From assembly GCF_037042905.1 (NCBI RefSeq), contig NC_087246.1, forward strand, positions 806,001 to 870,000: DNA of 64,000 nt, read 5' to 3'. The first letter of the stretch is position 1; each line of letters begins with the position of its first letter. The translations under genes and the position numbers were made by a program. The notes beneath the pieces were generated by a model. The model saw nothing but the letters and a program-made list of their open reading frames with translations. It was not told the origin of the DNA and made no database searches. This DNA comes from Lytechinus pictus (taxonomy: Eukaryota). Shown one piece after another: positions 1-13,781 of this stretch.

Positions 1-518
1 CAGTCTATACCTCATTTTGTTTACTTCTATCATAAAGGGTCCATATGCTTCTATTCATCTTGTTAGTTTATCCAAAATGGTGTTCGGAAGTGAATTTCAG
101 CGTAGATCCAATTTGATATTGATACTGTATACTCAACAACAACTGAGATCATTGTCTGTCCAGTTAATGACCAACACAGAACTTGAACATGACAAGAAAT
201 GAATTCATAGTCATGTACATACAATGAGCATATAGAGCGCCTTGAGCTTGGCAAGAGTCAAACCGAAAGTAGCCCGACACAACAGTGAGGTCATATAATC
301 ATGATTGTAATCACGATATCGTTTATTCGAACATTTTCGTACGTGATTCTGCAGAAACGTCTTTCCAAACGCCCCTTTTTTCGTGTTTCATGTTTGTGAT
401 TCTAATCATGATTATATTCAATTTCGACTAAACGCAATCGTGATTCTGCAGAATCATGATTTGAATCATGATTCAAATCATGATTCTAGGGTAAAAAAGT
501 GGCGGATAAACGCACCCT
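1..518 (-). mobile_element. Non-autonomous DNA transposon (Harbinger-like), partial, inverted copy of 11168-11981
   Basis: Reverse complement aligns with 11168-11740; ends in TAAACGCACCCT; many aatcatgatt palindromic subterminal repeats. Confidence 0.85.
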
Positions 519-798
519 AGGACTCTCGTCATCACCATTGTCCAGCTTGTGCATCATAAGCAGAGTTCCTTCCGATTCCCTAATGGCATCTCCTTTCTCA
601 ATGGGAACTCTGGAGATGAACAAATTAAAGATCAATCATGCCACTGCTGCTTGCTAAAAAAGGCAAGGTTTTATGATGTGCTGTCCGTGTTTTCCTGAAT
701 TGTGATCATGCTTTAACCTTCTCTAATGAGAGCTCATCTTTTCATAAATATTACAAATAGACATAGCTCCAAAATACTATATACAGTATTAGTATGGG

Positions 799-1250
799 CC
801 GGGGGGGGGGGGGGAGCCAGTCAGATATATTGCTGTACACACGCATGACCAAGTAATTTCCAAACACCCCCTAAACAAGTTTTTCTCTGTGTGCAAAATA
901 ACCCCCTAAACAAGTTTTTCGTGGGCTTTATTTACACATTTTGGCCCCTAAACAAGTCGCCAAAATATGACCTCGGAGGAAAAAGCTTGGGGAAAAAACA
1001 TACCCTAAACACGTTTGGCTCGTCTTTACAAAAAAAAAGCTTTGGGGAAAAAATATACCCTAAATATGTTTGGACCCGCGATTGACCATTGACCAGGCTT
1101 TCAAAACCACCCTTTTTCTTGAAAATCAGTGTTTTTGATACCCTTAACGAGTCCACACGTGGACCGCGTCCAAAACTGAAAAAACACTCCTTTAAACGCA
1201 TTTTTTTGGTCACGCGTGTGTACAGCAATATATTTGACTGCCCCCCCCCC
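799..1250. mobile_element. MITE with poly-G/poly-C termini
   Basis: ~40-bp TIR cagtcagatatattgctgtacacacgcatgacc / ggtcacgcgtgtgtacagcaatatatttgactg bounded by G- and C-runs; internal ccctaaac repeats. Confidence 0.8.
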
Positions 1251-1287
1251 CTTGGAGTATGGGTAGGAGTACAGATATGGATATTAA

Positions 1288-1871
1288 AGGAGAATTAAAC
1301 TCTTGGAGCAAGTTAGCTTTTGTGAAAGCAGAAAAATCAAAGAATAAGATCAACAAAAGTTTGAGTAAAATAGGACTAGCAATAGAAGAGTTATGAGCAT
1401 TTTAATGTAGAGATCACTAATGCTATGGAGATCCTCCCATTGGCAACGCAACCAAGATCTATGATATCACAGATGAACAACTCTCCCCTTTTGGACACTG
1501 AAAATATACCCCAAAACATCTCTTTTTGCTCATTCTAATCATATGACAAACGATTCATCAATGATATAATGTTGTGAAACCTCTGTACTTGTCCTCTCAT
1601 AAAGAGAACACCTCACCTTGTGATAGACTCTATAAAAGTGAGAATATAAGTGAAATAAGTACTAAAGTAATGAGGGAGTTGTACGTGTGTGACATCACAG
1701 ATCTTGGTCGCATTGCCAATGGGAGGATCTACATGGCATTAGTGATCTCAATATTCAAATACTCATAACTTTCTTATTATTCATTCAATCTTCCTCAAAC
1801 TTTCAACAATCTGTTTCTTTGATTTTTCTCTTTGATATGGATTCAGCTGGTTTCAAGGGTTTCATTCCCCT
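1288..1871. mobile_element. Kolobok-like non-autonomous DNA transposon, copy 1
   Basis: TTAA flanks, TIR AGGAGAATTAAAC / GTTTCATTCCCCT, near-identical to 25749-26331. Confidence 0.85.
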
Positions 1872-3560
1872 TTAAGAGAGATTGAAGGAGATATCATTAT
1901 CATTTTGTTTATGCACATGGAGATGTAAGCACAATTGAATTAGTATAGACTAGAGGAATCGACATTAAAACTTTGTATTATAACTTGTGTCAAACATGGC
2001 AGGTCATCTATAAGGTACCACTCGTTAGGAATATACTTGCAAGTAACTTTTTTTTTAATGAATGATAAACATACTGAATTACCTGAAATTAAATAAGTAA
2101 AAAATAAATCAAATAAAATGTTCACGAAGGCTACAAATGAGAGAGGGGTAGACAGGAATACTGCCAGCCAGATTTAGATTTACACAAATGACACAATATG
2201 TTTAATGTGCATATTTCTTTCATCCATTCTGAAGTATTGCCATCCTCATTCCAAACGAAAGTCTGCAATATTTCATTAATTATTCAAGGAATACATTTTT
2301 AAAGGTGGAATTTCAGTTCACATTTCTTGATTTATTTGCAGTAGAACTATTTTAATAAGTATGAAATGATTTTGATATTATGAATAAGGATGATATTTGA
2401 TATTTAATTTAAGTTTGCTTGATCACGCACTTCATCCTTACAGTAGGGCCATTAATTCTTATTCAAAATGAAATATACTCAAGATCCACAAATACATGAT
2501 CATTATTATTTATTCATTCAGGGAGGGGACGAGGGGGAACTATCCCTCTTTTTCCACTGCCTACTTCTATGATGTAATTTGATCTGTTGAGAATTAAGTT
2601 GAAACCATGTCCAACCCTACAAAAAGATTTGTTACTCTGAAATCCCTTTGTAATGGTTATCCTGGTCAATGGAGAGATGCCATTAGCAATCAGTGTTCTG
2701 CCAGTCATATGAATGCTGTCATTCCAAATGTCACCACCGAGTTCTATGCAACCTCTAAACTACAAATTTACAGCAATTATAGAAAGACCAATGTCAAATG
2801 AGCAAACCACAATCACTAATTTGATTGAAGCCACATTGATAAAGCAGCAACCCCTCCTGCTTCCCTCCTCATTAGGACTATCCGCCATTCTCAAAATCAT
2901 CCCAGCAATCAGTGATAAAGATTGATGGGAAATATGAAGCGGGTCAAATTTCTATTTGTGTTTTTATTATTTATTTATTCCCTTAATTTCATACTTGTCT
3001 GCAAGTCTTTGTTATTGTTATTTTTATTGTTGTGGCCTTGTTGGGAAACTTGACCTTTGTGGTTGATCATGCACACCAAAGTCAGTCACTATCATATTCA
3101 GTTGTTAATTGCTACATACATGTAGCTTTTCCTTGCAATTGAATTCCCAAATATTAAAATAAGAAACAAAAATGTTTGGTGATCATGCCCAATGTCTGGT
3201 TATTTTGTGACATCAGAGTCAAGCAGCTCCTCCCAAAAAAATTAAAAGGGATTCATTTTTTTTGGATTGGATACATAATCAGACACATCATTTCAATGCC
3301 CCTTTATAGAATTATTATCATGTTCCATTAAAATATTGAATTTATAAAATCATATAACATGATATATGGGGGAGCTGCTCTCATACGACAGCACAAATTA
3401 AAAACTTTAAAATTTCATAACTCTGATGGATTTTCATCACACTTTCACCAATAATCTTCTCTTATTTTTATCTTTCATTTAAACCAACTTCAGTCATGGT
3501 GAATTTTCCCTTTAATGAGATAAGGCCTATCTATCAGTTCACCAACATTCCCTTATCTCT

Positions 3561-4038
3561 AGGTGGTTTCAAACCGCCTCGATCACAAGAATCCCCGTTA
3601 AATTACGAGAACTTTTTTAGGCTGAAAAATACCCATTAATTATTCCTGCATTCACACCGCCCTGAAACATACCCTTCGGGATAAGTTCCTGAAGTTACGA
3701 GCATGCGCAGTATGGTCTGATAAGCAGCAAGGCGCGAAATTCAAAATCACTAGCCCAGCAGCAACCCATGCACGGCGCCGCACCCAACGACACGCTGGGC
3801 TAAAAGTTCCCGTAATTTGCTTTCAGACCGCCAAAATACCCACGACCTTGGAAAAATCCCCGCGAAAGTTCTCGTAATTTCGCCAAGTACCTACTATTTA
3901 TCGGGTATTTTCTTTCGGGGATATTACGCGTAGTTTGCTTTCACACCGCCAAAATACCTGGTATTTTCTGATCGGGGTAAATTTCCCGATCAGAGAATAC
4001 CTGGAACTGGCGAACTTCGAGGCGGTCTGAAACCACCT
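3561..4038 (+). mobile_element. MITE, TIR AGGTGGTTTCA(A/G)ACCGCCTCGA
   Basis: 22-bp TIR with one mismatch; diverged inverted copy at 43228-43706. Confidence 0.85.
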
Positions 4039-6144
4039 AGTCTCCCTCTCTCTTTCTCTGCAGACATATATCTTTCTCCATCCCAATCTCCAATTACTCT
4101 CTCTTATCTTCTCCTAGTCATTACTGTAAGCTTTACAAACACAATTAGCATGTTAGCCTCCACCATGAGGACATACCCCCAGGGGTCACTCAGCCCTGAC
4201 CTCATAAGGTCATATCTGCTAGTCTGGATTCAAGACCTCCGTAACCTGACTCTATCTCCTGGAACCAGGTGGTGGCTTTTTAGGATCCATGTTTTATAGA
4301 GCAAATATTTTGTAGTCGTGACCAGTTCACCATAGAAACTCTCTTGTTAGAATGAAAATATTTGTATTTCCTTGAAAATTGCTTTCATGTGTTTTTTTCT
4401 CTTGAAGTAGTGCTTGTAACTAAAAATGGTGTAGGCACATTATTATTAGCCATAATATATAACATATTTGTAATGGCTTGCCCAACCCTACAGACAATAG
4501 TGTTAATAAGTGTATGATATTTAAAAATCTAAAAAGCAGCTTGATAGGCCTATGTAACATGATTTGTATGCTTCCCTTGTTAGCTCATATTCCAAAACGA
4601 AGTTTGTTTTGTATATTACTGATGACATAACAAACTCCATCATGATTTTATTGAAAGCATGAAAAGCATACAGTCCTGTCTGTCTGCAGAATTTGGCAGT
4701 AAATCAGAAAATATGAAGAGAAATAATTGTTTAATCTGTTGCAGCCAGGTGATCTAATTACATGACACCTTTTGTCACATGACCATCGAGACATAAAGTA
4801 AAAGCAATATGTGAGCTTACAGACAGCTGAAAAAATAACTTTGTTCATTGGCTCTATTGTCAAGATATATTTTGGGAGGAAGAAATTGACTTGGCAGTGA
4901 GATATTTGAAATCCCAAGTGCCATTTTTCCTCAATTTTCTGGTACACATCTATTTCTACTTCTCCATTGATTCTTGTAAGGCCACCTACCATTGTAGAGG
5001 AATGTGTTTCTTGAATTGTTGATGCATAAAAAAAAGGTACATGCCAGTCATATGTAGGGCAAAGGTCACGTTAGTTGCACCTCAGATGGATAGCACGCCA
5101 TCACATCTTCAAGATTTTAAAAAGGCACTCTACATATTCCACACTAGACCTGCCAAATATAGTATGATTTGTCAGTAGACTGTATTTTATCAGAAGGTAG
5201 GAAGGAAGAAGAAGGAAGATAAGAGACAATACCAATGTAAGGAAGAATGATGGGGGGGGGGGGGTGAGTCAGATTGTTTTTGTCCAGGTACCAGGCTATG
5301 TACAAGAAGGTTTTATTTGTTTTGGGTTTTTTACTCCTTTTCATTGGTCAACCTGTATCTTTTGTCAAGGAATAATAAAAAGCTACATGTAACTCCATGT
5401 ATGGACAATAGTTGTTTGTATAATGTTGATTACTTCCTCAAAGTAGGCCAATTAGTTTGAGAAGCTTTTGTATCCTGATTACTGTAACAAAGATGGTTGA
5501 CCAAGGCTTTGGGCTTATTGTCTTAAGATCAAAGGACTAATCTTGTAGCAGTACATCTGCAGGTTGAGGAGTGAGGCTTATATAGGCCTTGAGGCTTTTG
5601 TGTGTACAAATACTGCGAGATGACTGCACACACCCCCTGATTAAACCTACACGCGCTGTACACACAAACAAAGCCTGCATGCGAAACTGAATGAGGGATC
5701 CATGTTCTATAGAGCGTCAGTGTTTGGGTCATTTCTTCAGCGAATAGAGGAGAGAGTGACTGTGTGCACTGTTGTATGCAAGGGACGGTCTAGATTCATG
5801 CATCCATATGAGCAGATAGAGGAGCTTGCATTCAACGGGTGAAAGTATTTGGGAAGGAAGTTACAAATAGCGCGGTTCATGTTCATGGCCAGGCATTCTA
5901 CATGGTGTAAATAACACAGTTACTCTATCTAGTCCCTCTCTGCATAGGTAGTGCAGCTATAGACGTACTCTGCACACTAAAGCCAATCTGTATGGTATAT
6001 AGAGGTGTAGGATTAGAAAGTGATCTACTGATGTAGCTTGTACAGCTATTGTGAATTCTGTGGATATACATGTACCTAGTGAAGCTGAGTGCTTCTTTGT
6101 GGTGAAATGAAGCTGTGATTTTTTTCTTCCTGTATTTGCTGTAG

Positions 6145-6208
6145 GCCCTATTAATTGAGAACTTCCCTACAACAACATGGAGGAGATTAGCCAAACCAAC
6201 ATGGAATT
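6145..6208 (+). CDS. SPPL3: Candidate SPPL3 start-codon exon (ATG at 6177, MEEISQTNME-L)
   Basis: Pyrimidine tract + TAG acceptor at 6142-6144, in-frame upstream TGA, ACAACATGG start context, TT|GTAAGT donor in phase 2 matching the phase of exon 17079; peptide has no recognisable homology. Confidence 0.45.
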
Positions 6209-7156
6209 GTAAGTTTTAGGGGTTCTTTTCTCTTCTGTTCTGATTTAGTCTGCAAATTGCAAATAATAGTTTAGGTAATAATTCATTCAGTACAGTACTT
6301 GTCTGTTTTGACTTCATTGATACACTGGCCATCTAATAATTAGTAGGCCTACCATACCTAAGTAGAGCTTGGGTAAAAATGAGGGACCTGTAAAGTGTGA
6401 CTCTGAATTACAACTGGTAAACTCGTCATTCAGAAATATTCATGTATGAGTCAATTCTAAATTCTTTTATTGCTCATCTTTTGTATTTTTCTGTGACAAC
6501 TGAAAAATATATACCATAAAATGAACTAAATGACCAATACGACAATACACCAGACGGTAGCCTTGTACCTTGACCTAATGCAGAAGAAGTCAGAATTGTT
6601 ACAGTGTTACCTAAAAAAAAGAAGACATTGGCCTAATTGTTTCTGTTTATTCCACACCTAAAAAGATAAGAAATATCAAATAGCAAAGATTTTACAAGTA
6701 AAACAGTCTTTGAAATATTGTTATCATGAACTATAAAATAAAGTGGAGTATGTTTTTTTTGTAATCGTATTCATCTTATCTATTTTGTCAAGGCTTAATT
6801 CAAGTATGTTTCTTGGCATTTTATAAACAGTGATTCTATTGAAATATATATATGATGGAACTATAAAGCATTGTATTACACGTATACCTACCCAACTTTG
6901 CCATAATAACCAAATCTTTGATAGTGAGTATCAGCAGAAAGACAAAACAAGACAAGTTTTTTTCTGTCATGTCATGCCAGTCCCAGGCAAGAATCTTCAG
7001 AAGGTCAAGTCAATTTTCAACTGAAGATAATAATCAACCTTTTAACTGGTGGCCTCAACAAAAAGACAAGATAGCCATGGTGTAATAGCCAAGGGGTGAT
7101 ACACTCATTCAATGAACAAGGTTATGATATAACTTTGTTCTCAGTTACATCTCCAT

Positions 7157-7641
7157 TATGCTTTTCACACTGCATTTCCTTAACCCCATACTATCCTTAA
7201 TCCCATACTATCTTTTTTTCGATTCACACTGTCTTTCTTAACCCCGTACTATTGCTTAGCCGGGGTTAACACCTTAACCCCGGGCAATCACACAGCTCAT
7301 AAATATTGACGATTTTACCATACAGAGCGCGATTAACATGCAATTTCGACTTCTGTGATTGGCTAATGCTTAGCCCCGCTTTTGCTTAGCCCTGTTTCGT
7401 TTCACACTGCATCTCTAAGCACCGCAATTGTGGTGCTAGCACCACAATAAGCTGGCTAACCCTGCTTTTTTGCAGGGCCAGATAGTACCGTACTATTTAC
7501 CGTGCTAGCCCACTTTGCTAAAACGTAGTGTGAAAACGAAGTGGGCTAAGCTTAACCCCGGGAAATTGGTGGGGCTAAGACCCCCCCCCCCCCCCCTTAG
7601 CCTCACCAATTTAGGACAAAAAGTGCAGTGTGAAAAGCATA
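7157..7641. mobile_element. MITE, TIR TATGCTTTTCACACTGCA
   Basis: 18-bp perfect TIR; internal ttaacccc/ttagcccc repeats. Confidence 0.8.
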
Positions 7642-9563
7642 CATGTGTGGCAAAATAAGGGTGGTAATTTTGGCTTATTTTCTCTTTTTCTATAGGACAA
7701 ATGCTTGATTTTCTTACACTGTCAGTTTCCAATACAGCTATTCCTCATATAACTTGGCTCTTATGTAAATTTGATTCTTTAAATTATTTTTTTTCTTAAT
7801 TAAAAATAGAGATTGAAAAATGAAAATTTTCTTGCCATATTACTTTCCACCAATAGAGGGCGTACACAAAAATATGCCCCAAATTCAAGTTATGAGCGCT
7901 CTGGTGAATACAAAAATAATTCCCAAGTTACTTACTGTATGAAAAATAAATTGCAACTGTATGGAAATTAGTAATTTTGGTCACAAAAGTTATATTTTAA
8001 TGATTTTTTAAAGTGTGTGCTATGTACAGCATTGGCATACCATAGTCCTACCTGTAGATTTCCCACAGGCAGGATGGTTGCAGTGAACAAGTGGGGTGAC
8101 ACAACATTTGCTCCTGGCTTTATTTTGTCTAGTAATAATAAATGGTTAGGTGTAGATATAGGATGGTGCATAGTATTAAATCCAGGGTTGAATTTGGTCA
8201 TTCCATTAGTGTGTGGAATTTACAGCAGATCAATTGTCGCCAGAGCAAATGTCATGGAACCATCCATGGGGCCAATTGCATGAGAGGGTCTTTGTAAGGA
8301 ATGACTTTCATGTCAACGATTCATTTTGAGGTACCTTTTTAATAAATTACCTGCAAATATAAATTTTTCATCCATTGAAAAAAAAAACATTGCATACAAA
8401 ATGATGTAGTATTTAATAATAATGATAAATTATTAGAAATGTAAAGGCTATATAGCACTTCATAATAAATGGGTGACACAAAAGTCCTTGTAAAGACAAT
8501 TTATGCCATGCAGCCCCTGGTGTCTTGGAGTGCCTGATTGTTTCCTTTTCCTTCCACCATCACAATTTAAAAAAGAACACCTTACTATTGTTATCCATTG
8601 TGACACATGCAAACAAACCAGTCACCCTCAAAGCATCTTCAAAACAAGTAGCAAAGTCAACAGAAAAGGATGAAAAGAATTTTTATTCAGATTGAAAAAA
8701 AAAACTTGCTCAATGATGCATAGAGATGTTAATAGTTCAGCTGAAAGTGAGGTTGTTCTTTGTTGTGGTTTGGCATGCTGTTTATAGGTAAAGAGGTTAT
8801 TGTGTTATGGTTCCATAAGCGTTGGAGTGTGAACAATACTATTATCATTGAAGGTGTACAGTGAGTGAGTGGTCCTGCTAGTGTCTCATAATGCCTCTTT
8901 GTTAACAAGTGAGTGTCGGTTATGTGACATTTTTTGTAACATTTTAAGTTTGAAAAATAGTTATCACATTCAGGAATTCAAATGGTGAAACCTCATTGTG
9001 AATAGGTGTAGGCCTAATGTGAAGTTCTTACATTTATAAAAGTTACAGACAGTAGAGAGGCCGATTTATCTTTACAATACATAAATGGAATTTAACCTGG
9101 ACCAGGTGATCCCTGTACAGAAGTCAATGGGGGAAATTCACCACCAGCTAAAATCAATTTTACTAGACTGATTGATCTCTTGAAATTGATAGTAGCTAGT
9201 CCCTATTAGTAAATCACCTCCCCCCCCTAGTTCACAGACTTACCATCTATGCTTTTTTTCTTCATTCATTGTCTTGTGTCTCTACCTCATAATACAGGCT
9301 TGGTGTAGCCAGTAGCATAATGAGCAACAAGTTTTGAGGGGGCACAACAAGGGCGGGGTAACCTGTGTGAGTTAAAATCTTGACCTGCTTTATATGAAAG
9401 TCCTATTTTGTGATGGATTTTGACATAATCAGAAAATTTCTTATCTTTTGTCTCTTCCTATTCATTCCGTCCTCCCCCTTTTCTTTTTCTTTTTTTCTGT
9501 GAAAGCGGTTTCTTCATGTTATACTTCATTTCCAAGAATTAGAGCGTACATACAGGCATTTAA

Positions 9564-10163
9564 AGGGATGGTCCAGGCTGGAAATTGTTATATTTCAATA
9601 AATAGAGTAAAATTCACAGAGCAAAATACTGAAAATTTGATCAAAATTGGATAATAAATAACAAAGTTATTGAATTTGAAAGATTTGCATTCCGGTGAAA
9701 CAGTTCTCGTCATGTCTTTATGAATATTCATAGGGTGGACTGATGATGTCATATCCCCACTTGTTCTTTTGTATTTTATTATAGGAAATTAGGTTTATTC
9801 AAAAAAATTTCTACCAAGAGCTAAAACAATCGGATTGACAACTGATTTGCATTAATTATTTATTGCCGCAACTTATTTCATCATAATGGAGACACATCAT
9901 TTACACATGTATTAAAAAATGAAACATTAATGATTTCATATAATAACATAAGAAAAAGGAAAGTGGAGATGTGACATCATCAGCCCACCTAATGAATATT
10001 CATGACGATGTGCATATAACTGTTTTCACAAAATATTGATAAACTTTAAAATTCAATAACTTCATTATTTGTTATCCGATTTTGATGAAATTTTCAGCAT
10101 TTTGCTCTGTTAATTTTATTCTATTTATTTAGATATAAATATTTTCAGCCCGGACCATCCCTT
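9564..10163. mobile_element. Kolobok-like MITE (second family)
   Basis: TTAA-AGGGATGGTCCAGGCTG ... CAGCCCGGACCATCCCT-(T)TTAA with long imperfect internal inverted arms. Confidence 0.85.
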
Positions 10164-11167
10164 TTAAGCAATTAACAAATTAATGAAGTACTAGTAGTCT
10201 GTTATTTCAAGTACTGCCTAGTTCTTTAACTTTATGCAATAAGTGCAAAATTTATGTCTATGAACATAGTTCTTGCAACCTGAAGTGCATGTGAAATAGT
10301 TTGTAAACATAGGCTAATTTATGTCAGCTGTACAAAGTCTGCTTAATTTGATCAAGTAGACTTTGTTTTGTTGACATGCACTCATTCACGCCATAGAGTT
10401 TTATAACACATTTTTTTTCTGTTGAATAAGTTCAACATGTTCACCTGTGCTTGTTCAGAAATGTTGTAACAAAGTTCAGTATAGAGTTTGATAGTGTTCA
10501 GCTGTGATGACACTAATCACTCTTTTTCAAGGACTTTTCTCTCTTCTTTCATTTCTCTCACTTTGACCTGTTTGTGCAGTATAATATTTGATAGTTTGTT
10601 TGATTTACTTGACCCAATATGCCTGACGTTTTTAGTATCAAAGCTCTGATTTGAAATACTATATAGTGGTATATGCCACATTTTTTTTTTGGATGTGTTG
10701 TTACCTAGTCAGAACTCTGACTGACAGACATAGGTCAAAGGTCATGTTTGGTGAAGAGGTCTCATGCTGTTGTGAGTAGTGATCAAGTTAAGATTGGGTT
10801 TCCATCCTGTTGCACTTTCGGTGCTTAAGTTTTCTTTTAAACTTCATGGTCCAACTTACAAAACACAGTGGCTGTTCAAATTCATGGTTACAAATAGTAC
10901 TTTCTTGTTTACAAAGTAGCCTGTTATTCCAGATAGCATTTTTTTTTTTTTTTATCAGGTACTGTGCTTGTTACCAGTATCAAGAATTTTGTTTTCTTCA
11001 TTTTTTATCCTTGACTTACATGTAAGTGTGTTTGGGAAATCCACGAGGCATATTGCTCAGGATAATTAAGTGCAGAAATCATGCCAGTACCTTTTCATCT
11101 TCTGATAATGAATGCTTCGTTTGATCAATTGACCATAGCTATAAACTTTCAAGGTTTTTGTCCTCTA

Positions 11168-11981
11168 AGGGTGCGTTTATCCGCCACTTTTTTACCCTAG
11201 AATCATGATCTGAATCATGATTCAAATCACGATTCTGCAGAATCACGATTGCGTTTAGTCGAAATTGAATATAATCATGATTAGAATCACAAACATGAAA
11301 CACGAAAAAAGGGGCGTTTGGAAAGACGTTTCTGCAGAATCACGTACGAAAATGTTCGAATAAACGATATCGTGATTACAATCATGATTCTATGACCTCA
11401 CTGTTGTGTCGGGCTATTTTCGGTTTGACTCTTGCCAAGCTCAAGGCGCTCTATATGTTCATTGTATGTACATGATTATGTACTACGCATGCATTTTTTG
11501 TCATGTTCAAGTTCTGTGTTGGTCATCGCATCGTCCACTACTTTTCATTTTTTGGTCATGTCTTCAACTTCAAGTTCTAGTAAATGAATTATCTGGACAG
11601 ACAATTCTCAGTTGTTGTTGAGTATACAGTATCAATATTAAATTGGATCTACGCTGAAATTCACTTCCGAACACCATTTTGGATAAACTAACAAGATGAA
11701 TAGAAGCATATAGAAGTAAACAAAATGAGGTATAGACTGAATTCTGGAAGCAAAAGATTTTTCGAGAGCCGAAACAGGTGCGAAAAACTTCCTCTGTCAA
11801 ACTGCGCACTAGTGATGCGCACTGGATTGGCCCGAATCTGAGGAGAAACGGCATTGGAATGAAGGTCGTCTAAACGCTGATTCTGTGATATTGTGATTCA
11901 TGTTTGTGTTTTGAATCATGATTCAAATCATGATTCAAATTTCAAATCATGATTCTGGCTTGAGGTCGCGTAAACGCAGCC
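11168..11981 (+). mobile_element. Non-autonomous DNA transposon (Harbinger-like), complete
   Basis: Imperfect TIR GGGTGCGTTTA / TAAACGCAGCC with aatcatgatt subterminal repeats at both ends; superfamily is tentative. Confidence 0.8.
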
Positions 11982-12084
11982 ATAAAGGGGCACCTGTTCC
12001 CCTTCCCCTTCAAACCAAATATGCCACTGATTCTGTGTACATTCATTAGAAAGTTTGCATTAGATGACTGTCCTATTCTTGTCT

Positions 12085-12380
12085 GGAGCGTTGTGGCCCA
12101 GTGGATTAGTCTTCTGACTTGAAACAGAGGGTCGTCAGTTCGAATCCCTGCCATGGCGTTATTTCCTTCAGCAAGAAATTTATCCACACTGTGCTGCACT
12201 CAACCCAGGTGAGGTGAATGGGTACCCAGTAGGAAGAAATTCCTTGAATGCTTTGATCGCCTAGGCAGCCCAGCTAAAGCCGGGGTAATAATAATAGCAG
12301 GACCCGCTGGGAGAACAGTTTTCAGAACTGGAGTGGCTTCCCTGGGTAAATATACATATACATGTATTGTTATTATTATT
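12085..12380 (+). mobile_element. tRNA-derived SINE
   Basis: Pol III A box TGGCCCAGTGG, B box GTTCGAATCC, central gcaagaaatttatccacactgtgctgcactcaacccaggtgagg, (TAT)n tail. Confidence 0.88.
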
Positions 12381-13418
12381 CTTGTCTCATGTTTGATGTA
12401 TGTGTGGAGTGGTGGGGAAAGCACAGTAAATTTACATGGTAAAAAGGTAGACCTTTGACACCTTTGTACAAGTGGTTGTACAATCCTACATTACATTCTA
12501 GGCCATTTTGAATAAATACAGCAGATGATAAGAGCATACAAAAATGAAATCGTGTTTAAATACCTGTATTGAGCAAAAACATTCACTTAGGCGGCCTAAC
12601 TTTCTCTAGCTCAATCAAAGTTATTTAGTTAAATTTGTTTTGTGAATAATATTAGCTTTGTTCAGACGTTGGTTCCCACTCAAGTGTAAAATTTTATTAC
12701 GCATGAATTAAAACTCCAAAGATGTTTATCTTATCTTGACCCAGTGTCCACTCAGACTAGTATACCATGACCTCACACTCCCAGGGGTCATCGCGGAGGG
12801 CTATAGTAACTTCCGGAAGTGGTAGCGCTGTATACATTGACCTTACGATTGTTCCAAAATATGTATTTTAAAAGAGAGAGCTAGACCCGGATGTTTTACA
12901 CGAGGTCGTAAGGTCATAGATACTGCGAGTGCTGGTACTACGCACGTCCACATGGGCAATTTACTCTGACCGGGTAGTTGTGATAGCGAGATACTCCTGG
13001 ACAAAACCATAAGTATCTTGGTCAGAGGAACTTACCAGATCTCTGTCCAGACCATGCACTACTCCCGACATTTCCTCCGAATGGGCTTCCTCCAACCTTT
13101 CCTGTGACCTTACTCCGACAAAACAAAAAGCCTGCATTTGAACAAGGCTATAAAGATAAAAATAATTGTAAACCAAAGTGCATGTACATGTAGGCTTCCT
13201 CTGTATATTGCAGGCATGATATTCTCCTGACAAAAATCTGAATTTCAATTTTTTGTTTTGTTTTGTTTGACATGAAATCCTTTGCCCAGGAACATTCTCA
13301 TGCTATTTTTTACTGCTTTTTAAAGTAAAATTGTAAAACTATCATGCAGACTCACCTTGAAAAATCACAGTCGATATTTTTACTGTGCAAGAGCTTGTAA
13401 CCCCAACCGGGACGCCTC

Positions 13419-13781
13419 ATACCCCTTTCATAAACCTATCCTCCAATTAGCCGCCTAATAGTAATGCGGATAATTCAATAAAAATTGCGTTCACAAACTC
13501 CGAAAATTATCCGCATTATTTTTACGAGCGCCCGTCCTGAAAAAGGCGGATAATCGTCATGACAACTGGACACGCCCCCTCCGATGCGGTTGTGTTGGAA
13601 AAGGGTGACCTTGTGACCGCACCATGGCAATTATCCGCATTATTTGGAAATCTTGTCCCGATGCTACTATTATGCGGATAATTGCAGCATCAAAATAATG
13701 CGGATAACTCTGGTCCTCCTCCGATTTTACGACAAAATTATGCTGCTATTAGCCGCATAATTGGGTTTATGAAAGGGGTAT
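13419..13781. mobile_element. MITE, TIR ATACCCCTTTCATAAACC
   Basis: 18-bp perfect TIR; internal tatccgca/tgcggata repeats. Confidence 0.8.

Noticed and set aside
5885..5904. ATGGCCAGGCATTCTACATG|GT as SPPL3 exon 1 (MARHSTW)
   Set aside because: Phase fits and it gives W, but the donor GTGTAA is poor and such a short match arises by chance
12085..12157. tRNA gene (also 47052-47125)
   Set aside because: A and B boxes run into a shared SINE body and (TAT)n tail; no clean cloverleaf
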